Shown here: in pieces, positions 27,369-42,098 of the stretch
How the letters are laid out: each line of letters begins with the position of its first letter
Numbering within the stretch: position 1 is the first letter of the stretch
Assembly: GCA_044892505.1 (NCBI GenBank)
Contig: CM097882.1
Coordinates: 216,008,001 to 216,072,000 of the forward strand
Length of the DNA: 64,000 bases
Reading direction: 5' to 3'
Source of the DNA: Schmidtea nova
Lineage: Eukaryota
The notes under the pieces: model-generated
What the model saw: the letters and a program-made list of their open reading frames with translations, nothing else
Told to the model about the DNA's origin: nothing
Database searches by the model: none
Translations under genes and position numbers: made by a program

Positions 27369-30300
27369 TTATTTATTTATGTATGTATATAAAGCATTTC
27401 CACGACAACAGTTACAATAGACATTAGAGACAGTATTCTAGGAAAAGGTGAAATTAAGCAATTCTAATCCGTACAACCGAAGGATGTGTATGCAATAACA
27501 ATAAATAAACACAAAAATACAAAGTAGGCTGTTTATAAAAAGAAAATATTTACAGCTTAGATATATTGTATGCAAATTTGCTTATATGTATTCCAATAGG
27601 AATTTTCTTTAAAAAATTTAAATCTTTAATGCTTGAAAACAACATCAAAATAATTAGTTGATGGAAAACTAAATTCAGCAAAAATATTAACAAACAGATG
27701 CAACAAATTTTACGTCTTATTTCAGAAGATTTGGTCACTTATATTATGCTGTCTGTTTCTCATTTTTAAAAGCTGAAATTTTTTTCATTAAATTTTTTAC
27801 TCAATAAAATTAAATATAAAAAAGTGACAAACAGCACTTTAAAAGAGACATCGCCAAATATTTGTGTTGAATAGTGATTGAAAAAGTTTGATACATTGTC
27901 TAATAAATCAAAATAAACTGACTCAAAAAAAGTTAAAAGGCGAAGAAAATTAATCCGTTTAATGATTAAAGTCGCAATTATAAATATCATCGCAGTTATT
28001 ATTGATTTTTAGATATCAGAAAGAGTGAAGAGTGATTTTTAAAATTAAAATTGGTCATTTGAATTTACACAATGATTTAAAGACAAACTTTAAACTTTAA
28101 ACGTTTTAAAACCAAGTCGAAAAAAAAGAGAAAAAAAGTATGTCAATAAGTAAAATATTTCGTAAGGAAAAAAAGGTTACATGTGAAATTTTGGAAACTA
28201 TAAACCAGCAGGTATCAAAAAACGATTCGATGCACTATCCTAAACGAACAAATGCTAATGGTCCGACTAACTAATTCTTTTGAAGGTTGTTATTGCAAAG
28301 AAACAAGATATAACAGGATCAAACGATGTAAAAAAATATCCAAGAAAAATGCAGCTTACAAGTAGAGATTATTAACGTATAAAATTCTCAGTTAAATCTA
28401 ATAATTTATAAACAAATGAGCCGTTTTTATTGAGGAATTTAAGATTTGCGATTGAACTAAGAAATATTGCCAAGCATTAATAAATGTCTGAAATGCATGT
28501 GGAGATATAGCAATGCATTGACACTGTCTTTATAAATTCGAAAAGAAGACACCACCGATAAACTAAAGTAATAATTTTTAAAGTTGATCTCATATCACTT
28601 TCAATGAAAACCCGATCTAATATACATTCATAACACAGCAAAACTTTATGGGTAACATAATAATATTCAATATATATAAATGATTTTTAAATTACGACAT
28701 ATTTTAAAATAGCTAAATAATTCAAATAAACAAATCTCAAGTCGAAATACAACATGTTAATCAGTCAACATTTCGTATTAGGAATGTGAAAGAAAAACTA
28801 ATTCAAAATTCAAAACAGAGCACTTTTATTGATTGATTTAAATGCAAATAAACGTGAATTCTGTGTGAATTCATTAGAACAGAGCGTTCTCAATAACTAG
28901 AACAATTGTGTAACAATTGTTTTCATTCATCTTCATTGTTTTCAGATTATCGATTAATATTTTGCTTTTTATTTAACAAATATTGATTTATTGTTTAAAA
29001 AGAAATTGAAAATGTATTAATGGTGATATAAATAATTTATTCACCAATTAAAAAAATTACTAATTTTACTAATTTTTAGGTATTTTGTGAGATTTATAAC
29101 GGCCAGGGTTAAAAACCAAGCAACTACTAGTTGTAACTAATTATCTATTAAGCCTGTCAGATGACGGCCACATTTTTAAAAATTAATTTTAAAATTATTA
29201 CATATTAATATCAATTGTAAATAATTATATAATTTATCTTAAAAATAATGCAAAAGTACGGACGGAAAAATATATATTTTAAGTTGTCCGGAATGAAATG
29301 CCCGATAAATGGATTATAATTCAAGTCGTACAAATATATTTAAGCATTTATTATATAATCAAAATATGATCCATCAATATTAATAATCTCTTGCCATCGT
29401 TGCAGGAGCTTTTCTATATATTCTTTAAAATAGATCTCATGTCTGAAGTCCAAGAAAGTGATAACTGACGAATTTATGTCATTCCAAATCTTTGAACGTC
29501 ATGCCCTTGATATAAAGATTTAAATGTCTAAATAAGTGGAAATCAATTGGTGATAGATCGGGTGAGTAAGGTGGATGCGGTAAAACTTCAAATCCTAAGT
29601 CGTCTAATTTTTTTACAGTGACTTTCGATACGTGAGGCCTGGCGTTATCATGCAGGATAATTGGACCTTTTCTATTTCCAATTGCAGGGTGACTAGTGGG
29701 GAGTGTTTCATGCAATTTTTCTAGTTCTACACAGTATCGTTCAGAATTGATTGTTGTACCCATTTTCAGGAAACAATAATATATTACACCATACATAGAC
29801 CACCAGACTGAGAGCATGACTTTCTTTTGGTGAAGTTCCTGTTATAGGAAACTGATTTAAGCATTGATGCTTATCCAATCATTCTCCTGACCGCTTAAGA
29901 TTATCATATTGAATCCATTTTTCATTGAAAGTAATAATATTATTAAGAAAAGAGGACTTTCGATGTAGTGCTTGAGGAGATGAGCAAGTTTTTAATCTGT
30001 TAAATTTCTGCAATTCAGTCAATTCACGTGGGACCCATTTTGGAGCTTTTTGACCTTACCAGTTGTCTTTAAATTGTCATGAAATGTTGTTTTTGAGACA
30101 TACCGATCTATAGCAAGTTCTCAAAAAGATTTTGTTGAATTCTGAACAACAGTTTGACGTAAATCTTCCTCCGTCAGCTTGATATTTGGTCTATCGCAAG
30201 GCATATTTTCGAGATTAATTTCTCCATCGTCAAATTTTTAAACCAACGCTTAATAGGTCTTTCATTAACTGTATCGCTCCCAAAAGCATTATTAATATTC

Positions 30301-30560
30301 CTCTGCGCTTCAATTGAATTTTTCTTCGATTTCCAATCATATAAATAAAGAAGTCTCAAATCATGATTTTCTAACTTGATTTTCTAACTCTATTTGAAAA
30401 TAAATTTCTAGTATTTAAATTATTATAAATTTTACTTAATATTTGAATTTGAAATAAGCGCTTTCTAATGAACTTTAAAATAAAGAAATAAGTTTTATAT
30501 AAAAAAGTTATGATGATTTAAAATTATTATATATTATTCGGACATTTCATTCCGGACAAG

Positions 30561-30634
<74 letters not shown>

Positions 30635-33600
30635 GTGAGCATTTTCAGAATTAGGGAAATATAGCGATTTCAATTGTCTGCATTTTTATAGGTAGGAAAA
30701 GAAAATAAATTGTTTATTTCTAATGATTGATTGACAATGACCAAAATTGGCTGTTTAGAAAATTCTAAAATAACTTTGAAATAACTTTTTAAAAACTCTA
30801 TATAATTTAGGTTAACATTGGAAAATAATTTCCTTAGTTGTTTCAAAAAATCACAAGTTTATGAAAATTTATAATATAATAAAAAATTACTTTTTGCTCG
30901 ACTCATTGCAGTTAATGCACTTTTGACATTTTTGTGAAGCTTTTTCACTTTTCTATTGTTACGTGAGATCAGATAATTATTTTAATGATCACATACCCTT
31001 GGAAATTAAAAATAGTCCTTTGAGAAAAATCTGATTTTTCTTGCAATCTATCGGAATCTTCACTTCTTTGAAGACTAGTGCTGCTAGAAAACATAACGTA
31101 TTTATTATTAAGAACTTAAATAAAATATACGTGACAATAAAATTAATTATGGTCACATTTTCAAATTAGAATTTATTTTCATGAGAACTCAATAGAAATT
31201 TCACCAAAAGGAGTACCTATAGCAAAAATATCAAGTAATTATCAAAGTAAATTGAACCGAAAAAATTGATATTTAAAAATTTTTACAAACAGTTATCCGA
31301 CCAATATTTTTAAAAATATATTTAAAGTTATTGCAATAATAAATAAAACTAAGGCAGTCGGGTGCATTTGCAAACAGTTTCTGTATTAAACTAATTACTA
31401 TTGCGCAGATGCGAATATTATATTCATATGCATGTTTGCAAGTTTACATATTATCTGTAAGAACTTGCATATCCAAGTGATGTGATATCCAGTGCACCGG
31501 GAAATGTATTTAATAAAGTTGTTCCTGGCGTGAAGAGCAATATTCGCGTCTCCCGCATATCACTGATGAGAGCCAAAAGCTCTAAACTGGTATGCTATTG
31601 GGGTTTCTTTACTGGGGATATTTTACTGCTTTACCTTTTATTAAAAATTGAGGTTATTATCTTAAATATTTTGTGGAAAAGAGCAAAGTATGTCATAATT
31701 CTCAACGAGGTGGAGAAAGTAATGAATGAGTCATATTAGAAAGAAATTTTGTTGTCATATAAGTCAACTGGTAATTCTGTCTTTTTAATGCAGAGATGCA
31801 TTTGCCGAAAAGTATGAAAATTTATTTTTGAGGAAACTGATTAAATCTAGTTGTGGCAAATCAACTTGATCCAAAAGTAAATTTGTCATTGAGCGATCAT
31901 AAAAATCACAAAGATACAGCTGAATTATGAAATATAAACAGTTTGTTGGAGATAGTGTGGAACATGAGTTGTCTTTTCTGGTATTTTAAAGATGCGCCTT
32001 GCTGATGATATTGATAACATTATTTTCACTAACTAAGAAATATTTCCGCATACAGAAGTTTTAAAATTTAATGGTTTCATTTATGTTACAACTAATCAAC
32101 GTGTAAGCATATCAATAAAACACTTAATTCTCCAAAGGTTACAACAGCTATTGTTCACAGTCCATCTTTATTGTTTTTATTTGAGATAAAAATATCTAAA
32201 ATGGAGAATTTATATAGGCATGAAAAATTACATTAAAAAACATTAAAATCTTTTATTTTCATCATCTTTTATCTGTTTTCTTTTACAATCTCGTTTATAT
32301 TCATGTGTTTTGTATAATCTGAAAGAAATGAAGAAAATTAAAAATCTGTATGTTTGCGACACTTTTAAAAGTGAGGCGAGTTTTCAGTAAAAATATTTTA
32401 TTCTCATGCAAGATATTGCATCTCCTTTCATCCAAAAATGATAAAGAAATTTTCAGAGAACGAGTGGGAGATTTTTCAACTGGTTTTGGAAACTTCATTT
32501 GGGAGATTTCTGAGACGAATGCTTTTTAGAATGCAATTTATTCGCCGTCACAGAAATTATATGTCAAGAGTGAGGTGAAAATCACATTGATATAGACATT
32601 TTTTATAATTTAGAATGGTATTAACATCGTTAAGTTATGTCGTTAAATAAAAAATTTATTAACTTTGAAGGTTTGCCTGCATTTAAATATCACTTTTTAA
32701 TTTTTAATTGAATGTCACTTTTTTAGACTTCTTTAGATACCATAATAACACTGTTTTGATGACTACAGTAAACTATTGAAAACAATTACATTAATTTCCA
32801 AGCTAATGAAGCTAATTCCCATATCAACTTCTATTAAAAATATTTTTGTTTTTATTTATTTTATCATCATTATCTTTTGGTTTCACTTTAGATTTTTTTA
32901 ATGCAAATATTTTCATAATAATTTTTCTAAGACACGCAAAATGCACGATATTTCAGTAGTTTTTATCAAGTGTGTATTCCACACATATATCGTGTAAATA
33001 ATAAAAAATTTGATCTAGTCTTACAAAAATTAATATGAATGAAAAAAAAAATGATCAAAGGTGAAACCGAAAGATAATAATGAAAATGCAATTGGTACAA
33101 AAATATTATTAACGGAAGTTGATTAGGAAATTAGCGATGAGAATATGTTCTCAAAGTAAATTAATCTTTAACGCCAAGCTCTTTGAGGCGTTGATTTAGC
33201 TAATGCCAAATTGTTTGAGATAGATTATAAAATTTCAATTAGCAAAATATCCAATAATGTTAATCGTTCCTAATTGAACTAGATTATTAATCAATAATCT
33301 AAAATGATCTAATCATTATTCAGTGAACATGACAAACTCGTTTATAATTGCCTTATCGATCCGGAAATGCCATTGACAACACTGCCAATAAATCCAATTA
33401 TTTAAAAAGTGTTTTTTTTAATTCCTTAATTGTTTAATGATCTATTTTTTATTTATTTCATAAATCAATTTCAAAAAGATTCAAAAAATATTCAATATCC
33501 TAATCGACTTTTCGAAGCAAGCAAATCAATAAACATGTCAATAATAAATGAGAAAAAAATTATTAAGCTAAAAATCAATAATATTTTGTGATCGAGTTAT

Positions 33601-34425
33601 AATAGAGGCATTGAATCGTAATGAAATAGTTTGAAATTGAAAAAAAACTCAACTTAATTATTCAACTAACCATGGCTCTTTTAACATGAATTCCATGCTA
33701 AATAATCAAAACACGTGTTAAAATTTGATGGTTTGCATTATGAGAATTGGTATATTGAAAATAAAACTAAGCCACGCAAGTTAGCATACCTTTTTGTTCG
33801 TTCTCTAAATTGCACTTCGATCGGATTCATTTCTGGTGGCAATTCGCTGCTGATAGTATTTGTCAGTGTTTTGGAATTTGCAATCAGCTTTTGATCGTGA
33901 AATAGATTCACTGGGCCTTCTTTCAGAGTTCTTATCGCTTTTAAGGAATCATTTCTGGAGAAGTTTTCAAAATTTTGATTCAACGGTTTACTTTTGTTAC
34001 ATACACATGCGTGGTTATTCTTAATAATAAGAAATTCGAAAATGATATAAATGTGTGTGTAACTAAACAATTTTTGAAATCATTTAAAACGATAGATTCT
34101 TGATAACAGCAATAATTAAATAAGAAATAATTAAAAAAACGATTTGCTAAGTTTTTGTTTAAAATTTCAAGGTTGATTAAAAACAAAAAAAGTGAGATTT
34201 TTCGACTATGAAGAGGACTTTTAATAAATAAAAATAATTGTATTAAATTGTAAAAATAATTGTTTTAGATCTCTTGTCTGGAAAAATGACTAAACTAAAT
34301 CATAAAATTAAGTGTAAAGAAATTTAAAATAGCAAGTTAATGTAATATTGTAATCTTAAAAGACCAAACAAAAATTATTATTTACTAGCTATAAATTCCG
34401 TCAAATAACGGTTTCATTTTTTTGA

Positions 34426-34480
<55 letters not shown>

Positions 34481-37400
34481 CCAATGTATGTTTGTTTGTT
34501 TGTGTGTAACGCAGTTTTTGCTAACTCATAACTTTTTCATTTCTTAAGATAGAAAGGTCAAACCAAGTGTTTTAAAGATCTTTTCAAAAACTTTTCAACA
34601 GTGTATAGTACGTTTTATCTCATTAGCAATTTTGATGAATTTTTTTACGTGACAGTTTTTGTTGACATTTTTTTATTATACATCTGTCATTTGAAATAAT
34701 AGAAAGCTCAAACAAAAAGTATTATAAGCGTCTTTTCAAAAGCTGTCCAGCGATGTATAAAACTACTTTCTACTTTAAAAATTAGATTTGTCTACGTGAA
34801 ATTAAAATGATAGAGAAAATGTAGCTTTTCGAAAAAAAATATTTTTGATTTTATTTCAGCTGAAATATTTATTTCGAAAAATTCCGTCATTTTTGACGGG
34901 TAACACACTAGTGTATATATATATATATATATAAATTATAGAATGATATATATATATCGTTAAATGGAGATATTTTCTAAATTGTTAAATTATATAAATG
35001 AATTTTTATACCCTTTCCTAATTCAATATAATATAATCAGATAGATATTGACGCTTCCCGATAAATATACCTATTTGTGACAGATCTAGTCACATATATT
35101 CAATTTACATATGAGCTTACAATAGTGAGCTAATAACTTGTTGGTGTACTTTTTATTAAAGTACAAAAAATGCATAAAGAATAACTGAATAATGAACATT
35201 TAAGTTGCGAGTTCTGTGATTTCATCATTGATGAAATAAATTCTGAGTTATAAAAATAATTATTACTCGAGTGCCTAGATAATTTTGTAAACAAATTATT
35301 AAATTCTTTTTCTTTATTATTTTCTTTGTACAAATCATCAATTATAACTACATCTCCCTTGAGTACTCGTTTTGACCAATCTTTATCAAAACCTTTGATT
35401 ATTTTCATTTTTTAAAAATTCTTATTGTGTTAAGTTGTGTTCAGTTTCAAAATCCCGATGCCAGTAAATTTTGGTAAACTTTTCAACAAACAGATTAGTT
35501 TGTAGTAACCTACACACAAAAAGTGTTTTGCCACTACCAATAGGTCCAACAATTTGATAGACTACATCATTTCGAAATTACATTTCTAATTTAAAATACA
35601 AAAACAATGTTTATATGTCAAATAAACTCGTTAAATGTTTGTTAGTATAAAATGTCATAGAGATTTTATGCTGAATCTAATGATATAAAATATATTTTGA
35701 TAACTCTATATTTAAATAGGTTGAAAAATATTTTATGTGAGCGATCTAGCCCAAGTCATTTATCCATAAACTGTATATATTATGTAATATTTATAGTTTA
35801 CCCAAAAATACATGATGCTTTATTTATTATGTAATCATTTTGTAATAATGTATATATCACACAAACATTACGTGATACTTTAGATATTGTGTAATAACTT
35901 ATATATTAAGGAATGGTTTAGTTGGTATTATCAAATACTTTATATATTATGTAATACTTCATGAACTGTGTTATTAAAAAACTTATGTAATACTTTATGT
36001 TTTGTGTAATTTTTACGTAACATTTTTTAAAAAATTCATAACACTTTAATTCTTATGTGCTTGATGATATAATACTAAATGTAATAATTTTTTTTCATAA
36101 TTTTTTAAAAAAATATAATTAATTAACTTTTTTTCCAAAAATTAAAAAAATGCTCAGAATTCAATAATTTTTATACCAATCAACTGAGAATTGAATGGCT
36201 AACAAAAAAGTGCCAAAAAGTAAAAACATGAAAAATTGGTCTCCAATCAATTTTACACGAAAAAACCTTACTTGTGTAAAATGGTTAGAATTCAATAATT
36301 TTTACATCAAAATAATCAGAATTTAACGCTCAACAATAAAAATGACATAAACAAAGTATTTTAAAAATAAATCTTTATTTAAATAAATCTTCTTTATCAC
36401 CTAAAAGACTGTAACACTTTGGCCTAAGAAACAACCACTTCTCGTACTTGAATCCTTTATTCTCGTCTTTGAATTTACCAATGACGGAATCTAGGTTTTA
36501 CGAGTACAAGGTATGATTTGGGTCATAAATCCAAGTATCTAATAACCTATCCCTAACCATAGCAGACAAAAGAATATCGAACTTACAATTCTTAACTTCC
36601 ATGAAGAAAGAATCTGTATCACCAGCGACTTTACCAATCTCACAGTTGAATTGTGACATATAAACTATAAAAAACCACAAAAAATAAAAAGTATTTAAAA
36701 AAAAATATTTATTAATATAAATCTTCGGCAATAACTTTGTATTGTAAAGGTCATCATAGTATGCCTTTCGCATTTTAGCAACCAAAATATGTAGAGATTG
36801 TTGTCTTTTGGAATCGTGGCAACAAGCACATCCATTGGTACATGAAATTCGCATTGATTCCTTACAAACAACGCAATTTTCGACGCACTTGACGCCAACC
36901 CCAAGCATTATATTGATCCTCGATATTGATTCTTCGATATTGATCCCCGTGTATTGGTATATTTTGTGTACCATAAAACTCGGGGACACAATAATCGAGA
37001 TTACTTTTAATCTTTGGGTCTTTAATTCTTGGATCTTCTTGAGAATTACTTCAAGCAAAAAACTAAAAGAATAAATCAATATAAAAATTAAAATACTCTT
37101 ACTTTTAAACATTTTCAAATTTGCATAATCAATGAATAACAATTAATACAAACAAAATTTATTTAATTAATTAATGTATTTATTTCATTAGTTATATTTT
37201 CCACATAATTTTTAAAATCGAAAGTTTTTATTCCAAGCATAACAACTTTTTCGCTGCCAAAGAGATTGACACATACTGGATCAAATTTCTGTAGGCGTAA
37301 TGCAGGGAATATTTTGGGTTCAAACCAACAACATTTCTTTTGTAATTCATATAAATTATTACATTTGCCGACATTGACCGTCATTGACCGTCACGGTAAT

Positions 37401-40105
37401 TGATTGAATCTAAATTTTTAATCTTGAAATTCAAATCCCCGGCTTTAACGGTTGCTTGCATCCCATTACCCGAAACTTGCCAGATCTGAGGAAGATGATG
37501 GGGAGTTGCCGCTTCTGTTAACAACTTGTTTCGCTTTGCCACTCGGTAACATCATGCCGGGAACTAAACATTTACCTTTATAATTGATGTTGCTTAACAT
37601 CTTTGATTAATTAAACAAATATAAACGATATAAATAATTAATTTATTAAGAAATGGAATTAAGAAATGATGCCGTTTCAAATAGTAGGACCTAGCGGGAG
37701 TGGGAAAAACTTGTTTGTATGTAAATTATTACTATCAAAAATGTTTAAATCGAAATTCAATAAAATGTATTGGTATCGTGGAGCTGATGAAGAACATGGA
37801 TTGACTCAAGATCAGTTTTGTAAATTAAAAATGACTATCATAAAAGGTTTTGACAAAAATTGATCATGTAGATTACAACAAGGTGATGTTATAATTATCG
37901 ATGATTTGTATCAGAAAGCCAATAAAGAAAAAGATTTCAACAATTTATTTACAAAAATTAGGAGACACTTGGGTGTCACAGTTACCTAAAAGATTAAATA
38001 ATTCAAAGAAAGATACACAGAAATAGTTATCTGATCAATTAGCACATAGTTTAAATAAAACAATGTTGAAAAGATTTCCTACGCGTAGTTAAAAAACAAT
38101 TGGTGTTATTGATTTATGGCAAATGGATTTAATGGAAATGATACCTTTTTCAAAAATAAATAATGAATACAAGTATATTTTGACTTGTATTGATGTGTTT
38201 ATTCGCTATGCACGTGCAGTTCCAGCAAAAACTAAATCTACAAATGAAATGGCTGGAGCTATAAAAACTTTAATTGCAGATGAGCAACCTCGAAATTTAC
38301 AAACTGATTTGGGTAAGATTTTAATTTAATTTAATTTAAAATTTAATTTTAATTTTAATCTAGGTAAAGAATTTTATAATAGTAAAGTTAAAGAAATTAT
38401 CAAGGGTATTAATCATTACTCGGTATTTTCACAATTCAATGCAGCTGTTGTTGAAAGATTCAATCGAATTCTGAGAGATAAATTGAAAAATTACTTTGTT
38501 TTTCAAGAAAATAAAACTTGGATAAATGTTTTGCTTAAATTGATTTAAATTTATAATTATTATCCCTATAAGTGAATACTAGGAAAGCGACCCATTGATG
38601 TTTATTCTACAAATAATATGGATAGTTGGTTATCTGAACAAAGAAAATAAATTTTAAAAAGCCGAAATACAGGGTCGGTGATCATGTTAGAATCAGTAAA
38701 ATCAATGGATCCCCCTTTATCAACAATTTTGACAATAATTGGAGCGATGAAGTTTCGCAAATCTTGAAAATTAATACAAATTAGAACCCGATCATGTACT
38801 TTATTACCGATTCTGAAAATAATGAAATTAGTGGGAAATTCTATGGAGAAAAATTACAAGTCATTAAAGCCCCATCAGTATTCAGAATTCAAAAGATTTT
38901 AAAAACCAGAATGGATTAGGGTAACTTTTTTGCTTTATAGAAATATACTCATCAATACATTTGGCATTAATCGTTTCGACGTTTTCATTTTGTGCATTAA
39001 AATCAAATAATTCTTCCGCAGAGAGAGCATAATTTAACGATTCACGAAATTCAGTTAAATGGTAATAAACCTTAGACGCTAACAATGCTGCTAACTTGTA
39101 TCGGAAATTTATGTCTTTATAAAAAGTTTCAATTTCTGGAATCTCTTTAGATATTTCAGGACAAAAATTTCAACGTATTCATAAGGTTTCTTTAGTGCAA
39201 ACAACCTGACTTGTGTATCTTTATCAACCAAAAAAGATAATATACTGCTTGCTGAATTAGTGACATAAAAATTACTAAAAAATACACAAAATAGTTCCAA
39301 CTTTTATTCAAGAAAATTTCAACAAAGCTCAAAACTTTTTAAAAATCTGAGCAACTTAGCAAAACTAAATTTCAGACAAAAAAACGCTCTGCCCCTCAAA
39401 CTTCAATTGGCCAATAATAACCAAATTCCAACTCACAAAATACACAAATTCCATGAGCACACAACACACATAACAGTCAGTCCACACCGGATGCACATCC
39501 ACTTCACTAACAAAAACCACGAAGACACACACCGAAAAAACAAGGAGGACCACAATAACCTCAATAAAAAAGCTAAAGAAAACGAGGCTCACATGTTGAG
39601 CCATAATTAACCACTATAGTGTAAAAATAAAAAGTGTACTTTAGAACAACCAAAATTGCACGCTGCGCCGAAAAATATATTTTCAAATTTAAAAAGTTTT
39701 CGAGCGAATTTTAAAAAGTGTGTCATATATTATCGCTAGAGGCGGGGTAGGGTCACGATAACTGGTAGTGAATTAGAAAGCTCATATCTACCTACTCACA
39801 AGCATTCAAATAATTATAAATACATCTTATAAGAATCTCAATATTACAATAGTTATAAGTTTCATATACATATATATATATTATTATTATCAATAATTCT
39901 CATAATGACTATAGATCAAAATTTTTTTTTTTATAAACAATAACACAATATTTCGGCACAGCCTTTATCAAGTACACACTTGATAAAGGCTGTGCCGAAA
40001 TATTGTGTTATTGTTTATAAAAAAAAAAATTTTGATCTATAGTCATTATGAGAATTATTGATAATAATAATAAAAAAAGATCAAAGGTGAAAAAAGATAA
40101 TTATG

Positions 40106-40187
<82 letters not shown>

Positions 40188-41853
40188 CATATGTAAGTTG
40201 TAAAGGTATAAATAGATCAGGATATATTTATTATTCGTTTATATAGCTGTCCCATGATTTTAATTGCATGATACAAATGTGTATGCGTGCATGCTTTGAA
40301 TACTCTACACATTTATTCTTCTTATAGCAGAATAAATTTAGAAATCGTGTATTCACTTTAAATTCATAGTAACTTTTAAGTATATGATGATGAATATATA
40401 TAGTAAAAAGTAATTCCAATTTCTCTATTGAAAATTATTAAATAACACGCTTTTTATTAAAAAATCTTAATTTAATTAATTTAATTAATGTCATAATAAT
40501 AAATGAACAGTTTAGTAATTATTTCAAGAAAAAAAACTTTAAAATAACTTGTGATAAATAATGTGTTTACCTTTGGATCGGATAAATGCATTAATTGAAT
40601 ATTGCGTTGAACAGACGAATCGGAATGAAGAGTTTTCAACAATTCATTCGGTTGGCAATTTTGGCATTTATTACTCGAGCCTTCTACAAAAAATTATAAT
40701 GAATATTTTGTAGCATAGCGAATCTTTCGTGTGATAATAGTAACCAATAGTGACAAAAACAGAACTTTAATGCCACGCTGGCAACCTGCATAAATTTATA
40801 ATAATTTATACAGTAAAACTTCAATCTGGAAACAAAATAATAAGATGCGTTCGGAAAACAAAAAAAAATACTAAAACTATAAAAGCAGCGAAATTTTAAA
40901 TCAAGTTTAAAAAAATCAAGGTAACAAAAAAAATAAATTATTTTTATTTAATGTGAATTATCTTTCATTTCTTTGTTAGTTAAATCGCGAAGTTTTCTTA
41001 AATTCATAAGTTTATGATATTCGATTTCATATTATTATAGATTGAGGTGTATAGAAATAATAAATATGGAAAATATAAACAAAAACTGTGTAAATATGTT
41101 CTTTGATTAAATATGACAAATATATATAAATTATAAAATATAAATTATAAACGATAAAATATTGCTTAGCCAAAAGAGTAATATATAATTACATATATAA
41201 TTGTATTTAAAAAAGTACATAAATAAAAATTATTTTGGGATAATTGATAGTTATTGAGATTTAGATAAACGAAGTTTTACAGTATTATTAAAAAAATATA
41301 TAACAAAAAAATAATTTAAATAAACTAGTAGTTTTTCCACAGATTCAAAAAATAAAAGAACATAGCTATGAAGATAGAAGCGATTTTAATTACTCTTCAT
41401 GTTATAAAAAAGAAACTTATCCAAAAAAAGATTAGTGCTAGATAAAGATTAAACGTTAATTACCACTAATTTATTAAATAGACTTTAATTGTGAAAAAGT
41501 ACACAATATAGACCAGAACAAGATTTCAATTATTCTCGGAGCTATAAAGAACAAACTGATTCAAACTAATTTCAAAGCATGCTTTGACACTAGAATATGA
41601 GTAATTACCCTAAGCGATTGTCTTAAATTTAATGGATTAAATTTTTGAAATACCATCACCACGATTCAGAAGGAGATAGCTGTAGCAAAGGTAATGTCAA
41701 ACACTTATGGCGAATTCTCAGAGAAACGTTTGGTGATGAGCACCAATGTTCTGGTGCTCAAGTATCTTTTGAAATTTTACGGCACTTGTTCGAATTTTCT
41801 TTTATTATTATTATTATCTATAAAAAGAACTTTTTATTGAAAAATGATTTTAA

Positions 41854-41927
<74 letters not shown>

Positions 41928-42051
41928 ATCAATAATTCTCATAATGACTATAGATCAAAATTTTTTTTATAAAAAAAATTTTGATCTATAGTCATTATGA
42001 GAATTATTGATAATAATAAAAAAAGATCAAAGGTGAAAAAAGATAATTATG

Positions 42052-42098
<47 letters not shown>

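Noticed and set aside
32301-32560. Open frame in WDR44 intron 5 as a possible extra exon
   Set aside because: Exons 33790 and 31083 already join in phase and follow the expected WDR44 order. No convincing splice pair.
36498-37142. 214-aa ORF as one real protein
   Set aside because: It is a chance read-through of an AT-rich spacer, a Cys-rich ORF and the pPolB C-terminus; treated as separate parts.
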